Shown here piece by piece: positions 1-10,178 of a stretch of DNA of 64,000 bases. Source of the stretch: an uncultured Alphaproteobacteria bacterium (GTDB lineage: Bacteria > Pseudomonadota > Alphaproteobacteria > Rhizobiales > Beijerinckiaceae). Numbering within the stretch: position 1 is the stretch's first letter; each line of letters begins with the position of its first letter. The notes under the pieces are model-generated. The model did not search any database, had not been told where the DNA came from, and saw only the letters and a program-made list of their open reading frames with translations. The stretch is taken from positions 36,216-100,215 of the forward strand of contig CAWFZD010000024.1 in NCBI GenBank assembly GCA_963820145.1, written 5' to 3'. The position numbers and the translations under genes are program-made.

Positions 1-247
1 GGATTTTTTCGGATCCACCCGGCAATAGGCGGGTTTCGGGCAGTTCGCGTCGATCGTGGAACAGCCGTCGCCGACGATCGGAACGAGAATGGGCGGATTC
101 TGGGCAGAACGCCCAATTCTTGCCGCAACGGCTCTCCTTGCTCACGCATTCGGCGTGAGCCGGCGGCGCGAGCAATGTCAACGCCGAGGCGCAGGAGACC
201 ACGGTTGCAATCACGATGCGTCTGGAGACGCGGACGATATTCGACAT
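1..247 (-). CDS. Small secreted Cys-rich hypothetical protein (runs off window start; probable frameshift near 130)
   Basis: Manual translation from ATG 247 (GAGGA upstream): MSNIVRVSRRIVIATVVSCASALTLLAPPAHA|ECVSKE looks like a signal peptide. The +1 frame continues AVAARIGRSAQNPPILVPIVGDGCSTIDANCPKPAYCRVDPKKS. Not in the ORF track. Confidence 0.45.
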   Translation of the reverse strand, partial: MSNIVRVSRRIVIATVVSCASALTLLAPPAHAECVSKESRCGKNWAFCPESAHSRSDRRRRLFHDRRELPETRLLPGGSEKI

Positions 248-316
248 GACGATCCTCGATTGTCGCCGAAGGAGTTGAGAAGGCCGACGAGGCGCTGGAC
301 GGAGGCGGCGCATAGC

Positions 317-2908
317 TCAGAACGCCACTTTGATCAGCCCGCGTATCGTGCGCGGGGCGCCGATCACGGTGTTCGAGTTATAATTCGCTGACCAACCCGG
401 AGTGGGGCCGCCATTGTCTTGATATACTGGATTCGGAACCTTGCCGCCCGAGGTGAAGTAGGTTCTGTCGAGAAGGTTATCGACGTTGATTTGCGCACGG
501 ATCTTGTAACCGTTGTAGGGAAATTCATAACTGGCGAGAAGACCCAGGAGCCCATAGCTCGGCGTGTTCAGACCGTATATGTATGAGCCGTCGTTGTAAT
601 AGTTGAAGAAGGGCAGATAGCCTGTGTAGTCGTATCGCGCACCCACCTTCAAGCCTTTGAGCGCGCCGTCCTTGAACTCGTAGTTCGAGGAAATATTCGC
701 CTGGTTGCGCGGCACATAGGGAACCGGCGAGCCGATCGGCGGATTGTAAATGGAAGGCATGGGATTGGCTTTGGTGACTTTGGAATTTGTGTTGGCGTAG
801 CCGAGATTAACGGTCCAGCCGGGCGCGAGCTCACCCTGAAGATCGAGCTCCGGACCTTCTGCGCGCCCCTCGCCGACGATGATGTTGTAAACATAATTGT
901 TCGGCAGGCCGACGGGAATGTTGGTTTTGACGAGGTGATAATAGTCGGCGGAGATTTGCAGCTTGTTGTCGAGCAGCGCGAATTTGATCCCACCTTCCTC
1001 CTGCTGACCGGCGCTCGGGGGATCCGGCATATTCGTGTTGAGAACCAGAAATCCGTTGTAGTTCGGGCTGTAGGACTCGACATAATTGCCATAAAAGCTG
1101 ACCCATTCGAGCGGACGCCACAACAGCGCGGCGCGCGGCGTCACTCTCTGGTCGATCGACTGACCTCGCTGCGATATCGTGTCGAAATTACACGGAACAA
1201 CCACGCCGTTGAAGGCATTTACGGAAAAGGGTCCGCAAATATTGGCGGAATCGGCGGCCCCGGTCCTGTTGTTGATATATTGATAGCGCGCGCCCGCGAG
1301 CACGTTGAAGCCGTAAGGCAGCTTTATCTGATCCTGAACATAAGCGCCGACGTTGTCGGCGTATTGCTCGGCGGCATTGACTGGGGTAATATCCGAAAGC
1401 TGCGGTAGGCAGCGCCACCGGCGAGCCGAAGAGGCTGACAGAGCCTGACTGAGCGGTGTATAAATTCTGATCTCTCGAATTGAAACGATAATAGTCGGCG
1501 CCGATCAGCGCCGTATGCTCGATCTCCTGGGTTTTGAAGTGTCCGGTCATATCGACGACGGTCGCATATTCCGCCTGTCTTTGGCTGATGGTGTAAGGAG
1601 AGCTCAGCACCTGAACATTGCCGGGGGCGCCGAAACAGGAGCCCCCCGGGGTGATGCAATCCGACAAGCTGGCAGGCGCGACGTTGTCCGCCCCCACGGT
1701 CACGCTTTGCAGATAGGCGGTTTGCTGGATCGACCAATCCCTATTGAAGTCGTGATGCCAGGTGACCTCGGCAAAGTCGAGTTGCTGTTCGTAAGGCGAC
1801 GGCGGTCCGTAATTGGTGCTGCGACCCTGGTACAGCGGTAAAACATTGTAGTAGGTTGGAAAGAAGGTGAAGATTTGATCCAGATGGTTTTGCTGATATT
1901 GATTGCTTGCCTTGATCCAGGTGTCAGAGTCGATATTCCATTTGACCACCGGGTTGAACATCAAATTTTTCTGGTAGCCGTAAGTTTGGAACGAGCCGTC
2001 GTTCTCGTAGGACCCGGTCAAGCGATAGAGCACGTCCTTGTTCTCAGACAGCGGGCCGGTCATGTCGAAACTGGTTCGGTAGGACGAGTAGTTGCCGATC
2101 TGCTGCTGAATCGAATAGGCGGGTTTATCGAGGGGCTGCTTCATGTTCAGATTGATGATGCCGCCGGGCTCGACCGCGCCGTAGAGAATAGCGGCCGGAC
2201 CTTTGAGCACTTCGACACTGTCGACGTTGGCGAGCTCGACATTGGCGACGCCGGTGAAGGCGCCGCCGAAATTGTCCACCCTTATGCCGTCGCGGTAATA
2301 GGCGCTCGTCTGAAAGCCGCGGATGACGACGCCGAGAAACGGCACGCCCAGGCCGGCGCCGCCGCCGCCGGAGACATAGACGCCGCTGACGTTGCGCAGC
2401 GCCTGGTCGAGCGTGATGGCCTGCTGGTCTTCGAGCATCTGATGCGTGACGGTCTTCGTCGCCAGCGGCGTGTCGATGACCGGCGTGTTGACCTTGGTGC
2501 CGAGCGACTGAATGGGCGCGGAATAGGATTTGGGATCGTTGCAGACGCCGCCGGCGCAGATTTGACCGTTCGGGCCCGGCCCGATGCTGGGCGGCCCGCT
2601 AACCGCCACCGCCGGGCCGGGGCTCCGGTCCCCGGTCCGCCGCTGGTCGAGGGTGCGCCGCCACCACCACCGCCGCCGCCGCCCGCATGCCTTGCAGCGA
2701 CATGACTGGAGCCGTGCCCCTTGCCGCCGCCGCCGCCGCTGCTGGCCGTTCGACTGGGTTTGCCAAGGCGAGGCGTCGCCGTCACTTTTGGCTTGGCGCC
2801 GACTTCGATCGTCGGCAGCGCCTGCTGTGCGCGAACCTCGACAGTGGGCATCGCGACGGCGATGGCGGCGAGCGACGCCTGGATGAGGATAATTCGGTTG
2901 GGGTGCAT
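317..2908 (-). CDS. TonB-dependent outer-membrane receptor (siderophore/metallophore type), split by two compensating frameshifts (~2620, ~1385)
   Basis: Signal peptide MHPNRIILIQASLAAIAVA... in ORF 2282..2929. Plug motifs (LDQALRNVSG, VEVLKGPAAILYGAVEPGGIIN) in ORF 1188..3032. Barrel end NVDNLLDRTY...GAPRTIRGLIKVAF with terminal Phe in ORF 317..1303. Confidence 0.9.
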
Positions 2909-3000
2909 CTTGCGCTTCCCGCGCCTCATTGGCGCGTCCGGTTGAAGGAATTAATGGAAAGCGGCGCTTCGTCTCATTGAGCGCCGCCTGTCGGCTTCGC

Positions 3001-3912
3001 TCAATATTTCGCGGCGACAGTCGCCGGCGCAAACCAATGGAAGTGGTAGTTCACGCCTGCGCGGACGATATGGCCGTTGAAATGGGTCGAGGACTGATAG
3101 GACGAGCCGAACAGCAAATTGCCGTTGGGGGCGACGCCCGTAGCGACGCCCGCGGCCGTGGCTGTGCCGAGGTCGTAATAGAGATACTCGGCCTTGGCGC
3201 TCCAGTTCGGCAAGAACATCCATTCGACGCCGCCGCCTGCCGTCCAGCCGATGTTCGCATCGCTGAAAACCGCCGAAGACGCGGTCAGAGGAAAATTCGG
3301 ATTAGCCGAACTCTGGAAAACGCCATGGGTGAAACCCAATCCCCCGTAAGCGAGACCGCCCGATCCGAACACCAGCAAGGTGGGAGTGAAAAGGAAACCG
3401 AGGCGGCCGCGCACCGTGCCGAGATAGTTGAGGGTCTTCGTATAGCTCGACGTCGACGCGACCAGCGAAGCGGTGGCCGGTTCGAGAGCGGCGCCGGCGG
3501 CGGAGGCGACGCTGGACAGCGTCGCGCCCTGAATGTCCGCCTCAATGCCGGCGAGGATGTTGTTGAACTGCCAGTTGAAGCCAATCTGACCACCGCCGAT
3601 GACGCCAAGGTTGCTCAGCGAGGCGCGCGCGGCGATGGAGCCGGCGGAGGCCGAACCGAAGAAAGTCGCGGCGCCGCCGTTAATCCCGGCGCCGTCGGTC
3701 AAGTCGTTGAAGAGGGGAGCCGCGGAGGTCGTGGCGCCGTTGCTGGCGTCAAAAATTCCGCCGACGTTCGCGCCGAAATACAAGCCGGTCCAAAGCGGCG
3801 GCGGCGGCGGAACGAAAGGCGCCGCCTTGAAGCTCGGAAGATCCGCGGCCAAGGCCGATCCGGCGACAAGCGCAACGGAAATCGCAAAGAAGGAGGAAAC
3901 GAGTCTGTTCAT
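3001..3912 (-). CDS. Outer-membrane beta-barrel protein, Omp25/RopB-like
   Basis: Signal peptide then ADLPSFKAAP-PPPP-WTGLYFGANVG, GTVRGRLG, GWTAGGGVEW, AEYLYYDLG, VRAGVNYHF. Confidence 0.9.
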   Translation of the reverse strand: MNRLVSSFFAISVALVAGSALAADLPSFKAAPFVPPPPPLWTGLYFGANVGGIFDASNGATTSAAPLFNDLTDGAGINGGAATFFGSASAGSIAARASLSNLGVIGGGQIGFNWQFNNILAGIEADIQGATLSSVASAAGAALEPATASLVASTSSYTKTLNYLGTVRGRLGFLFTPTLLVFGSGGLAYGGLGFTHGVFQSSANPNFPLTASSAVFSDANIGWTAGGGVEWMFLPNWSAKAEYLYYDLGTATAAGVATGVAPNGNLLFGSSYQSSTHFNGHIVRAGVNYHFHWFAPATVAAKY

Positions 3913-4053
3913 GGGTATGGCTTTCTGAGGGTAGCCGCGCGCGAGCTTACTCTCGCTAGAGCGCGTGAGGCGAATGATCGAACGCGGTTCGCGTTGCACA
4001 ACAATCGCAGCGCTGCCGGCTCAGTTACGCGGGAGGCAAGGAACCCCGATCAT

Positions 4054-4162
4054 GCGCGCGGGCGCTTCGTCAGGCGGGGCAGGGCGGCGCGCGGGCGCTT
4101 CGTCAGGCGAGGCAGGGCGGCGCGCGGGCGCTTCGTCAGGCGAGGCAGGGCGGCGCGCGGGC
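4054..4162. repeat. Tandem repeat, 3 x 33 bp plus a partial copy
   Basis: Unit gcgcgcgggcgcttcgtcaggcg(a/g)ggcagggcg at 4054-4086, 4087-4119 and 4120-4152; no spacers. Confidence 0.95.
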
Positions 4163-4549
4163 CGGCGAGGCTCGGAGCCGCATGGCGGCGGTCGGCGTGA
4201 GGAAATCGAATACTGTCCACGCCCGCTTCAAGGCGAAGAGCGCGCCCGCGAGCAGGATCAGATAGCTGCCAGGCAGCGTGCGATCGTGCGCGAAGCCGTG
4301 TGCGCAGATCGCGCAGAGCGAGCAATGTTTGCGGAAATGATCCTTAGGCGTCGGCGCCCCTTCATTCAGGGAAGAACCTGCGTCGCACTTGGTCAGCGAC
4401 GAAGCAAATTCACCGCCTCCAAAAGCGGCAGAACTCATTCGCGCCGCCAAAATCCCCCCTACCGCAATCGACAACAGAAGGACGCCAGCGACCACCATTG
4501 CGACGGTCCGGCGTATTAGTCCTCCTTTTGGCGAGGGAATCAGCATCAT
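4136..4549 (-). CDS. DUF2946/CruR-like leader protein (N-terminal hydrophobic segment, CxxC, C-terminal RAPP)
   Basis: RRTVAMVVAGVLLLSIAVGGILAA...KHCSLCAICAH...SPARAPPCLA*; directly upstream of a porin and TBDR on the same strand. Confidence 0.75.
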   Translation of the reverse strand: MMLIPSPKGGLIRRTVAMVVAGVLLLSIAVGGILAARMSSAAFGGGEFASSLTKCDAGSSLNEGAPTPKDHFRKHCSLCAICAHGFAHDRTLPGSYLILLAGALFALKRAWTVFDFLTPTAAMRLRASPARAPPCLA

Positions 4550-4862
4550 TTCTCTTTCAGCCTGGTACAAACACCCTACTCATCCCGACCCGCATCGAAG
4601 GCGAGCGACTCGCATCAACCGTTTAAAGGCTAGCACATTTGCTTAGAGGGTTTCCACATCACGAAGGCGTCAAGCGAGGCTTGTAGGAAAAGTTTTTTTT
4701 GCTGTTGCAAATCCGCAACAGTCAAGCTGTTCATCCTTATGATTGGCATCTGAAGTGATCGCAAGGATTCTATTCTGAATCGACACGGCGCCGACGCGGT
4801 TCGGCGCGAAAACGGAGACCGGGAAATCTACCGTGACTGCCGGTGATCGACGTCTTGCCGCG

Positions 4863-5420
4863 TTAAAACCTCTCGTCAAGCAGAAGCGGCTCGCCAAGAA
4901 CGCGCCGGTCCCCTGCATCGTCAATTCTGGGAACTTTGCGCGTCTGAGCATCGTATTGGGCGATGAAGACGTCGGCGTCGCCCTGTGCATCGGCGATGTC
5001 TCTCAACGCCAAATGAATGACGCTGGCGCGATGACGATTGTCGATCTCGTCTTCGTAGATGGGTCCGCTCACGGACCAGCCAACCTTTCGCCTTTCTTAA
5101 TCCTTCAGCTCTTTGACCGGTTCTTTCGACAGGGCGATCATGCGGCATTTCAAATGTTCGAGACCGACGTCGCCAAGCGCAGTGAGGCGATGAGACCATC
5201 GAATTGCCCATCTTGGGATCGGTTTTTGCGACATGATCGACGATTGCGCGCCGCTGCGTTTCGAGATCTTCGACCAGAGCCCGTCGGTTTTGCCAATCGA
5301 CGAATGTGCGTGAGGTTCTGTTTTTTGAATTTCGGTGGCGTCTCTGCAGCGCCGGAAAGGCGTCGAGCTCGCAATTTAAGACGTGGTTCGGCTTTTCGAT
5401 CTTCCGCCCGCACAGCAGAT
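4863..5420 (-). pseudogene. Degraded remnant of a conserved alphaproteobacterial hypothetical protein (DUF6880-like)
   Basis: Fragments in different frames: RTFVDWQNRRALVEDLETQRRAIVDHVAKTDP and SGPIYEDEI...LALRDIADAQGDADVFIAQYDAQTRKVPRI; family recognised from memory. Confidence 0.5.
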
Positions 5421-5543
5421 AGCGGTGAATCTTGTGTCCCGGCGCGGTCCTGCCGCGTCCCTTAACGACTTGCAAAATCTCAATGCGTTCCCTGACAGCC
5501 GCGCTGAAACCGAAACGCAGACTTGACATCCTTACAATAACAA

Positions 5544-5570
5544 TATTTCCTATAAACTGAATATGGTATT
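5544..5570. promoter_or_regulatory. Candidate Rrf2-type dyad upstream of the YeiH transporter
   Basis: TATTTCCTAT-AAACTGA-ATATGGTATT, just downstream of a TTGACA (5523-5528). Confidence 0.45.
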
Positions 5571-5758
5571 TGGCGCGAAGGAGCGCATGCCTCAAGCCGA
5601 AGGGGCGATTGCGAGCATCGTCGTGGTCATGGCCGTCTGCAGCGAGTTCGGGGTCTTGCGGAAGATCTCTCGTTCGTCTGCGGGCTCGCTTCGTCGCTCC
5701 CCTTACTGGCGAATAGCCTGCTCCGAGAGCGAGGCCGCCGCAATCGAGGGACGCTGAA

Positions 5759-7222
5759 ATGTCTGAAACATTACTGACTGCCGCCGCTGAACGACCGCGC
5801 AGTTTAACGGAAGATTGGTCGGCCGTTTTGGTGGGCCTGTCGATCTTCGTTTTGGCTCTCTTCGGGCTCACGGGCGTCGACGCGCTCGGCTGGGTCGCGA
5901 CGACGGCGGTATGGATCGATCCGGCGCAAGCGCTCGGCGCAGCCTCCAAAACCTACGCTCACCTTGGCGGCGCGGCGGCTTTGGCGGCGACTTTCCTCGC
6001 CTTGTTGATCAGTCTGAGCGCGGCTGTCTGGGCCACCGGCGGCGACGTCAAGCGTTTCGCGCTTGCGTTCACGGTCGTCTTCGTGATCGCCTATGCGAGC
6101 TGGTTTGCCGGCTCCAACGCGCATCTCGCCGCTGTCACGCCCGCGGATCAGTCGAAATTCGGCATTTCCTGGTCGCTGAAACTGACCAATGAAGGCGGAT
6201 TTATCGTCGCGCTGCTCGCGGGTCTCGTCATCGCCAATTTCTTTCCGCGCTTCGCGGACTGGCTTAAGGAAGCGATCCGCCCCGAGCTCTACATCAAGAT
6301 CGCGATCGTCATCCTCGGCGGCTTCATCGCCGCGACGGCGGCCGGCAAATTGACCCTTGCGTCCTCCGTGCTGCTGCGCGGCGTCGCCGCCATCATCGAG
6401 GCCTATCTGATCTACTGGGCCGTCGTCTATTTCGTCGCCCGCAAATATTTCGGCTTCACGCGCGAATGGGCGGCGCCGCTTGCGTCGGGCATTTCCATCT
6501 GCGGCGTCGCCGCCGCGATTTCCACCGGCGGCGCAATTCGCGCGCGGCCGCAGGTGGCGGTGCTGGTCTCTTCGCTCGTTGTCATCTTCGCCGTCGTCGA
6601 AGTGCTGCTCCTCCCGGTTCTCGCCCAGACCTTCCTGTCGCACGAACCTTTGGTCGCCGCCGCTTGGCTCGGCCTCGCGGTGAAAACCGACGGCGCCGCC
6701 GTCGCCGCCGGCGGCATTACCGAATCTTTGCTGATGGCGCAGGCGGCGAGTGAAGGCGTCAGATATGAAGCAGGCTGGATCATCGCGACCACGACGACGG
6801 TGAAGGTCTTTATCGACATCTTCATCGGCGTCTGGGCGTTCCTGCTCGCCTACATCTGGACCAATCACATCAACGCCGATAAGGGCGACAGGGCCAAGCT
6901 CTGCGAAATCTGGGAACGCTTTCCAAAGTTCATCCTCGGCTTCATCTTCACCTTCGCCGTCGTGCTGGCGCTGTCGCTCGGCGGAGGATTGACGCAGAAG
7001 CTCGCGCCGGCCATCGCCGAGGCGAACACGTTTCGCGTCATCTTCTTCATTCTGACTTTCTTCTCCATCGGCGTGCTGTCGAACTTCCGCAAGCTTTGGG
7101 AAGACGGCCTCGGCCGATTGGCGGCGGTCTATGTCGTCAGCCTGTTCGGCTTCGTGATCTGGGTCGGGCTGGCGATTTCCTGGTTGTTTTTCGCGGGCGT
7201 TCGGCCGCCGCTCGCCGGCTGA
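5759..7222 (+). CDS. YeiH/PSE family putative sulfate exporter-type membrane transporter
   Basis: 487 aa polytopic protein; SLTEDWSAV, ASGISICGVAAAI, WERFPKFILGF motifs. Confidence 0.85.
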   Translation: MSETLLTAAAERPRSLTEDWSAVLVGLSIFVLALFGLTGVDALGWVATTAVWIDPAQALGAASKTYAHLGGAAALAATFLALLISLSAAVWATGGDVKRFALAFTVVFVIAYASWFAGSNAHLAAVTPADQSKFGISWSLKLTNEGGFIVALLAGLVIANFFPRFADWLKEAIRPELYIKIAIVILGGFIAATAAGKLTLASSVLLRGVAAIIEAYLIYWAVVYFVARKYFGFTREWAAPLASGISICGVAAAISTGGAIRARPQVAVLVSSLVVIFAVVEVLLLPVLAQTFLSHEPLVAAAWLGLAVKTDGAAVAAGGITESLLMAQAASEGVRYEAGWIIATTTTVKVFIDIFIGVWAFLLAYIWTNHINADKGDRAKLCEIWERFPKFILGFIFTFAVVLALSLGGGLTQKLAPAIAEANTFRVIFFILTFFSIGVLSNFRKLWEDGLGRLAAVYVVSLFGFVIWVGLAISWLFFAGVRPPLAG

Positions 7223-7247
7223 AAGTAAGTGACAGGGATCAAAGAAA

Positions 7248-7397
7248 ATGAGCGAACCCACCATCAAGGATGAAGCCAAGCTGCGCTTTTCCGAGCCGCT
7301 GCTGCCGATCGAAAAAAAGCTGATCGCCTGGAGCCTCGGCGTCGGAATCGTCTCGCTGATCGCGCTGGCGGCGCTGAGCCGCTATTTTCCGTCGTAA
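7248..7397 (+). CDS. Small single-TM membrane protein (49 aa)
   Basis: Manual translation MSEPTIKDEAKLRFSEPLLPIEKKLIAWSLGVGIVSLIALAALSRYFPS*; 25 bp after the transporter stop. Confidence 0.7.
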   Translation: MSEPTIKDEAKLRFSEPLLPIEKKLIAWSLGVGIVSLIALAALSRYFPS

Positions 7398-7458
7398 ATG
7401 GCCCATCGCGGCTCGTGAGCGCATGCGCAAGAGGGCGCACGCGCATCGGAGCGCGCGC

Positions 7459-8406
7459 TTATATTCCAGCGCCGTCGTCGAAGGCTTCGTTGCGCGTCTT
7501 CGCCTGGGAGATGTTGCTTCCGGGCGGCACGCTGTGGGTGAGCCAGATATTGCCGCCGATGGTCGATCCGCGACCGATGGTGATGCGGCCCAGCACGGTC
7601 GCGCCGGCATAAATCACGACATCGTCTTCGACAATGGGATGCCGGGGCTGGCCCTTCACGAGCGCGCCGGCGGCGTCAGTCTCGAAACGCCTGGCGCCGA
7701 GCGTCACCGCTTGATACAGCCGCACGCGCCTGCCGATGCGCGCAGTCTCGCCGATAACGACGCCGGTGCCGTGATCGATGAAAAAACTCTCGTCGATTTC
7801 GGCGCCCGGATGAATATCGATGCCGGTCTGCGAATGCGATATTTCGCTGATGATCCGCGCCAGCATGGGCGCGCCCAAGAGGTAGAGCTGATGGGCGAGG
7901 CGGTGCCTGATCAAGGCGGTGACGCCCGGATAGCAAAAGATCACTTCATCGAGACTGCGCGCAGCGGGATCGCCGCCATAAGCGGCGCGAATGTCGGTGT
8001 CGAGCACGGCGCGCAGTCTCGGCAGGGCGCGAGCGAAGCCCTTGGCGATTTCGGACGCGCGGCGCTTCTGCGTTGCTTTGGATATGTCGCTCTCTCCGCC
8101 AAACAGCAGAAGTTCGCGACGAATTTGCTCGCCGAGCATCCGTAGCGTGCGGTCCAGCGTCACGGTCAGAAAGCCGTCGAGGCCGTCGACGCTGACATCC
8201 GCCGGACCGAAATGGCGAGGATAGAGCGTCGCGACCAGGCCCTCGACGATCTTGGCGACCGCCTCGCGCGAAGGCAGTTGCGGCAATGAGCCGTTGCGGT
8301 ATCGACTTTGCTGCGACGCTTTGCGCAAGGCGCGCAAGGCGTCGACGATCTCGCCGAGGTCGATCTTGTCCTCGCTCAGCTCCCCTGGCTCGACATGTTT
8401 GGTCAT
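7459..8406 (-). CDS. cysE: Serine O-acetyltransferase (EpsC/SrpH-type)
   Basis: GDPAARSLDEVIFCYPG, TGIDIHPGAEI, FFIDHGTGVVIGETA, RHPIVEDDVVIYAGATVLG. Confidence 0.93.
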   Translation of the reverse strand: MTKHVEPGELSEDKIDLGEIVDALRALRKASQQSRYRNGSLPQLPSREAVAKIVEGLVATLYPRHFGPADVSVDGLDGFLTVTLDRTLRMLGEQIRRELLLFGGESDISKATQKRRASEIAKGFARALPRLRAVLDTDIRAAYGGDPAARSLDEVIFCYPGVTALIRHRLAHQLYLLGAPMLARIISEISHSQTGIDIHPGAEIDESFFIDHGTGVVIGETARIGRRVRLYQAVTLGARRFETDAAGALVKGQPRHPIVEDDVVIYAGATVLGRITIGRGSTIGGNIWLTHSVPPGSNISQAKTRNEAFDDGAGI

Positions 8407-8521
8407 GGTTCATTCTCGCTGTGAATGAGACGCGCTGCGCTGAAACAGCGCGACGGTCCAAGGAATTCCGCCGCGCCCGGTCCGCCTTCAATACGCACGC
8501 GCGTTTTGAGACTCGCGTTGG

Positions 8522-9016
8522 CTACTTCAATTGCTCGGCCGCCTTGTCGATGCCGGCTTTTGCGCAGGCTTCGTCTTTTTCCCCGCCCGGCGCGCCGGAG
8601 ACGCCGACGGCGCCGATGACCACATCGCCGGCCTTGATTGGCAGCGCGCCCTGAAGCGCGATGACGCCGGCCAGCTGCGACTGCCCCGAAGCGGGGTTGT
8701 CTTTTACGCGTTGCGCGAATTCGCCTGAGGGAATGCGGAAGGTGCGCGCCGTATAGGCCTTGCGCTGGCTGTTCTCGTATGTGTGCGGCGAAGCGCCGTC
8801 GCCGCGGATGGCGATGAGCGCCTGTCCTTCAAGTCCGACGACGGTCACGGAAACGTGATGGCCTTGCTGTGTGCAGGTCTCATAGGCGGTTTGCGCGATG
8901 GCGAGGGCGACCGGCGTGGACAGCGCCTTTTGCGTCAACAATTCGGCCTGCGCCGATCCTCCCGGGATCGTGAGAAGGACAAGGGCGGCGGCGACAGAAA
9001 GCGGCTTCGGATTCAT
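8522..9016 (-). CDS. Exported GlcG/HbpS (DUF336) heme-binding family protein
   Basis: Signal peptide; VSVTVV, RKAYTA, GALPI...IGAVGVSGAPGGEKDEACA. Confidence 0.88.
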   Translation of the reverse strand: MNPKPLSVAAALVLLTIPGGSAQAELLTQKALSTPVALAIAQTAYETCTQQGHHVSVTVVGLEGQALIAIRGDGASPHTYENSQRKAYTARTFRIPSGEFAQRVKDNPASGQSQLAGVIALQGALPIKAGDVVIGAVGVSGAPGGEKDEACAKAGIDKAAEQLK

Positions 9017-9280
9017 AGTTTTTTACCCGTTGCTGGGGGGTGACTCCAGCAGGCTAACAGACTACTATTATAGTGTAAAGATATGATATAAGGTTGCCGA
9101 TCTGAATTCTGGCCGCGCAGGAATTTTGCATATCGCCGCCGCATCCTGACATAGATGTATGTTTATAAACATAAAAAGCTCGATTAAACCAGAAGCGGCG
9201 CGCTCCGGCGCGTCGCGACGCGCTCTTGACCGCCATGAGTTAATTTGCTAGTTTGCTTGTTGAATTATAGGAGTAATCAA

Positions 9281-9913
9281 ATGAATGCGCAGACGGATGC
9301 TGGTCCTGTCACCCTACACGCCAAGACGCGTCGGCCCGTGGGGGAAGAGCTTGCGGCCTCCGTCGCGGAACGGCTGCAGCGTCTGATCATTCGAAAAGGC
9401 CGTTCGTTGCAGCGTCTCTCCGAACTGAGCGGCATCGAATCCGGGGAGCTCACTCGCATCGGCCTTGGCGAGCAGCCTCCGACGATTGGCCATCTCTGGC
9501 GCATCGCCAATGCGCTGGGCGTGCCGTTTGGAAGTCTCGTGGCGTCGAAGGAACGGCCCGGCGTGCTGGTGATCCGCAAGCGGGAAGCCCAGCCGGTCAG
9601 TTCGGGCGACGGCGGCTTTCTCTCGCGCGCGCTGTACCCGTATGACTGTCAGCGGCCGGTGGAATTCTATCACGTCGTGATCGCCCCCTTGCACACCGAG
9701 CGCGCCGAGGCGCATGCGCCGGGAACCAAGGAAAATATCGTGGTCGCCAAAGGCGCGGTCGAGATCGCCGTCGGCAAAGAGCCGCCTGTTCAGCTCGACG
9801 AAGGCGACGCCATCGACTTCCTCGCCGACGTTCCGCACAGCTATCGCAATCTCGGCGTGATGCCGGCCGTCCTCTATCTGGTCATGTCCTATGAAATGCT
9901 GGCGGACGCCTGA
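9281..9913 (+). CDS. XRE-family HTH + cupin transcriptional regulator (SutR-like architecture)
   Basis: SLQRLSELSGI...PTIGHLWRIANALGVPF HTH; EAHAPGTKE and FLADVPHSYRN cupin; GGAG RBS before ATG 9281. Confidence 0.88.
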   Translation: MNAQTDAGPVTLHAKTRRPVGEELAASVAERLQRLIIRKGRSLQRLSELSGIESGELTRIGLGEQPPTIGHLWRIANALGVPFGSLVASKERPGVLVIRKREAQPVSSGDGGFLSRALYPYDCQRPVEFYHVVIAPLHTERAEAHAPGTKENIVVAKGAVEIAVGKEPPVQLDEGDAIDFLADVPHSYRNLGVMPAVLYLVMSYEMLADA

Positions 9914-9940
9914 GTGTAGAATAATAAGACGGCTAGATAT

Positions 9941-9986
9941 AGAAGTTCACCATTTTTGTAGAGGTATATAACTCTTGTAGAACAAG
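9941..9986. promoter_or_regulatory. Two overlapping candidate dyads upstream of the encapsulin gene
   Basis: AGAAGTTCAC-CATTTTT-GTAGAGGTAT (9941-9967) and AGAGGTATAT-AACTCTT-GTAGAACAAG (9960-9986) in an AT-rich spacer. Confidence 0.35.
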
Positions 9987-10178
9987 TAATATTATATATT
10001 CGTTTCATTTTTAGCTTATTCGTCGCTTGTGACCGAAGCTCATCTGATGTATTGCTGCGTGCGTCTGAAGTGCAACGCTCGCGCCGCACAGATCAAGTCC
10101 TTCCCGGGCTGTCGACGATTTAGGCGCCTAAACGCTCAGACGCGCCCGCGCTCAAAGTCGCTTCGAGGAAAATTTCGC

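Noticed and set aside
2655-2742. (CCG/CCA)n tracts as a phase-variable repeat
   Set aside because: In-frame triplets encoding poly-Gly linkers of the TBDR N-terminal extension
317-2908. Methanobactin biosynthesis/uptake (mbn) cluster
   Set aside because: No MbnA precursor, MbnB/C, or FecI/FecR pair visible in the window; TBDR substrate cannot be assigned by eye
4070-4138. Selenocysteine recoding at the repeated TGA codons
   Set aside because: No recognisable SECIS-like element or selenoprotein context; TGA is simply the common stop at this GC content
4054-4162. 33-bp repeats as a CRISPR array
   Set aside because: Units are directly adjacent with no spacers, there are no cas genes, and the unit is the coding end of the leader gene
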